From Balanoglossus misakiensis (Eukaryota > Animalia > Hemichordata): a stretch of DNA of 64,000 nt. The stretch spans positions 4,577,227 to 4,641,226 of the forward strand of contig CM082579.2 of NCBI GenBank assembly GCA_040954595.2, written 5' to 3'. Position 1 is the stretch's first letter. Each line of letters starts with the position of its first letter. Under the pieces are notes generated by a model. The model saw only the letters and a program-made list of their open reading frames with translations, ran no database searches and was not told where the DNA came from. Made by a program: the position numbers and the translations under genes. Shown here piece after piece: positions 61,283 through 64,000 of this stretch.

Positions 61283-61330
61283 TGCGCATATTCCGGAACC
61301 GGAAGCGATGTCGATATGACTGCGCATGTG
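61283..61330. promoter_or_regulatory. Candidate bidirectional promoter (NRF1-like and tandem ETS sites)
   Basis: TGCGCA at 61283, CCGGAA-CCGGAAG at 61293-61305 and TGCGCATGTG at 61321 lie between two head-to-head genes. A probable non-coding first-exon donor is at 61423. Confidence 0.6.
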
Positions 61331-61840
61331 TCAATTGTGGATTCACTGTTTACTGTGTCGAGGACTGTGTCAAGAATTTTTAATCGCACGCAAGGATACA
61401 TCTCAGCCTTCTAATGACAGTGGTATGTACTTTCAACGAAAGAGCACTTGAATGAGTGTAAGTTTAAGTGACATTATCGAGATATTATCCACGATTATTA
61501 TAATTAATTCCAGTGCTCACGATCATCACCTGTGAGGGACTGTGATTCAATGACTGAATGAATGGGTTGGGCCACAGTCGAGTTCCACATTCGTCGTGCA
61601 TAATCCAGACGTCATCTGAATAAAACTCAAGATACAGGGGCCAACCTCACTGAATATACAGATACATTTGCGAGTTGTGGTAACGCCAATGGAAGATCGA
61701 ATTTCAGGTTAGTCACTGATTTTGTTGTACAGTACATGTACAACATGTGTACACATTATGCATCAACTACCTGCATTGCATTTCTAATTATTTGGAGTGA
61801 CATTTATTGTGCTTATGGATACCCTACAGATACACTGGTC

Positions 61841-63979
61841 ATGGATCTCAGCACTGAACGTTGTCCTGTCTGTGAAGTGTCGTATGACAAGACGAAGAGA
61901 AGGAAATTAGAAGATGTGTGTGGTCATGCACGCTGTTACCGCTGCATGTTTGACACTGATAGGTGTCCCCTGTGTAAAAGTAAGTGAAAATGCTTCTATA
62001 TGTGACTGTGATAAATGGGACTGTCTTAGTGTTGCTCAATGTAATCCTATGGAAAAAGGACACACATGCACTGTTTATGTTCTGCGCATACATCCTTAAG
62101 TACATATCTTTTCCTTTATCTTTCGCATTCCTCAGATTCAGAAGGTACTGGTACTGCAGAAAGTTCACTCGATAATAAAGCCCCACAACAGCATGTCAGC
62201 CCAGCTGAGGGATCGCCTCAACAGGATGCGGCCGTGCAGCAGCAGCTGTCTGAATTATCTACGGGCGAAGCATCTGCAGAGGAGACATTGCAGCAGCATC
62301 AGGCCCAGGAAAGGGCGGAACATTCTGAGTCAGAGACATCTGGGAAAGAGTACAGCGGAACTGCAGATCGTGACAGTACAAAACAATGTGAATGTAAAGG
62401 CATTGGCAAATGTGCAACATGTAGGGTTCTTCCGGAGACCCCGTCAAAGGTACATCCCAGAGGAAAGGCGTTTGAGTGCAACGAGTGTGGCAAATGCTTC
62501 AAGGAGAGTTCGGATCTCGATACTCACTTAACGCAACATATGCAAGAAAACTTAAAGTCGTTTCAATGCGAAGTGTGCGGCAAACGATTTAAAGAGAGTA
62601 AGGATCTTGAAACCCACTCGAAGAAACATACCAAGAAAAAGCCGTTCAAAGAGAAGTCTGACCTGGAGACCCATTCGAAGAGACATTCTGATGAAAAGTC
62701 ATTTACGTGTCAAGTGTGCGGGAAAGCTTTTAAACGCAGTGCCAGTCTCCAGAGACATTCCAAAACGCACGTTACTGAGGCGCCGACTGAGCCCCAAGCA
62801 AGCGATGAAATTTCAAGCGTGAAAACTTCACAGGAGGAACATGCAAGTGAAGAGAAGTTGGAGTGTCAAGAATGCGGCAAATGTTTTGCTGACAGTTCGG
62901 GTCTGAAAAGTCATTCAGCAATCCACGCCAATGAACGGCCGTTCAGGTGCAAAGATTGCGGTAAAACCTTCAAGCGCAGCTCGTGTCTGAAAGTCCACGC
63001 AGCCACTCACTCAGACAAAACGCCGTTTGCCTGCGAGGTATGCGGCGTGTCTTTCAAAAAGAACTACGTTCTGAAGTGCCACATGAAGACGCACACCAAC
63101 GAAAAGCCTTTCCCGTGCGATGTCTGCGGCAAGTCTTTCACCCGCAGCTTCGACTTGAAAGTCCACGCGCAGACACACACGAGCGAAAGACCCTTCGAGT
63201 GCAAAGTGTGCGGCAAGACGTTCAGCCTGAGCTCGTATCTGAGGACGCACATGAAAGTTCACACGCACGGAAAGCCTCACGAGTGCAAAGCGTGCGGCAA
63301 GTTCTTCTCCCGCAAGTACAACCTGAAGACTCACTCGAGGATACACGCCGATGAAAAGCCATTTGTCTGCGAGGAGTGCGGCAAGAGTTTCCCGGACGGC
63401 GCCGGTCTGAAGACGCACTCCATCATCCACACCGACGAACGCCCGTTCGAGTGCGCGGTGTGCCAGAAGCGGTTCCGCTGGAGCTCCTACCTCAACACGC
63501 ACCTGAAGATTCACACCAACGAGAAGGCCCACCAGTGCGAGGTGTGCGGCAAGCGCTTCACCCAGACCTCGCACCTGCGCATCCACGCCAAAATCCACTC
63601 GGAGGAGAAACCCCACCAGTGCGAGGTGTGCGGGAAGTGTTTCCAGCAGCGCTTCCACCTCAAGTCGCACCTGCTCGTCCACTCCGACAAGAAAGCGTTC
63701 GAGTGCAAAGTCTGCGGCAAGCTCTTCCGCTACAGCTCGAACCTGAAATCCCACGCCGTCATGCACACGGACGAGAAGCCCTTCGGGTGCAAAGTGTGCG
63801 GCAGGCGTTTCACGTGGAGCTCCAATCTACAAAGCCACTTGAAGACGCACACAACAGCAGCAGGGAAAAAGCACCCGGAAAGGGGCCTTGCATCCTCTGC
63901 CAGTCCGGAAGGTGATTTGGGGTCATCTTCCAATCTGAGTTCGTATCCTGTATTCCCAAATGATCTAATGCCATATTAG
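61841..63979 (+). CDS. RING-finger (Rols/TANC-type C3HC4) plus C2H2 zinc-finger array protein, 660 aa
   Basis: Exon 61841-61979 (MDLSTERCPVCEVSYDKTKRRKLEDVCGHARCYRCMFDTDRCPLCK, phase 1, gtaagt) splices in frame to 62136-63979 (acceptor ttcctcag). The second exon encodes a linker, 15 complete C2H2 fingers and one truncated finger, with T.EKPF-type linkers. Confidence 0.9.
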
Positions 63980-64000
63980 ATTTTTGGAATGTATGTAAAC

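Overview
Eukaryotic, intron-rich invertebrate DNA with AT-rich introns, GC3-rich exons and abundant TACATGTA. The style suggests amphioxus (Branchiostoma) or another invertebrate deuterostome, which is an inference. Manual splice reconstruction gives nine intact genes: a PLAC8/cornifelin-family gene (+); an 82-aa mitochondrial single-pass microprotein (+, NDUFC1-like by eye); AIFM1 (+, 15 coding exons); a prokineticin-receptor-like GPCR (-); four TMEM272-like paralogues (two +, two -, convergent), each with two PPxY motifs; and a gene fusing a Rols/TANC-type RING exon to a 15-finger C2H2 array (+). Also present are a decayed copy of GPCR exon 2 just downstream of that GPCR, an 80-bp hairpin MITE with a target-site duplication, a dispersed short repeat, and microsatellites. 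No tRNA, rRNA or CRISPR was found. All family assignments rest on motif recall, not database searches.
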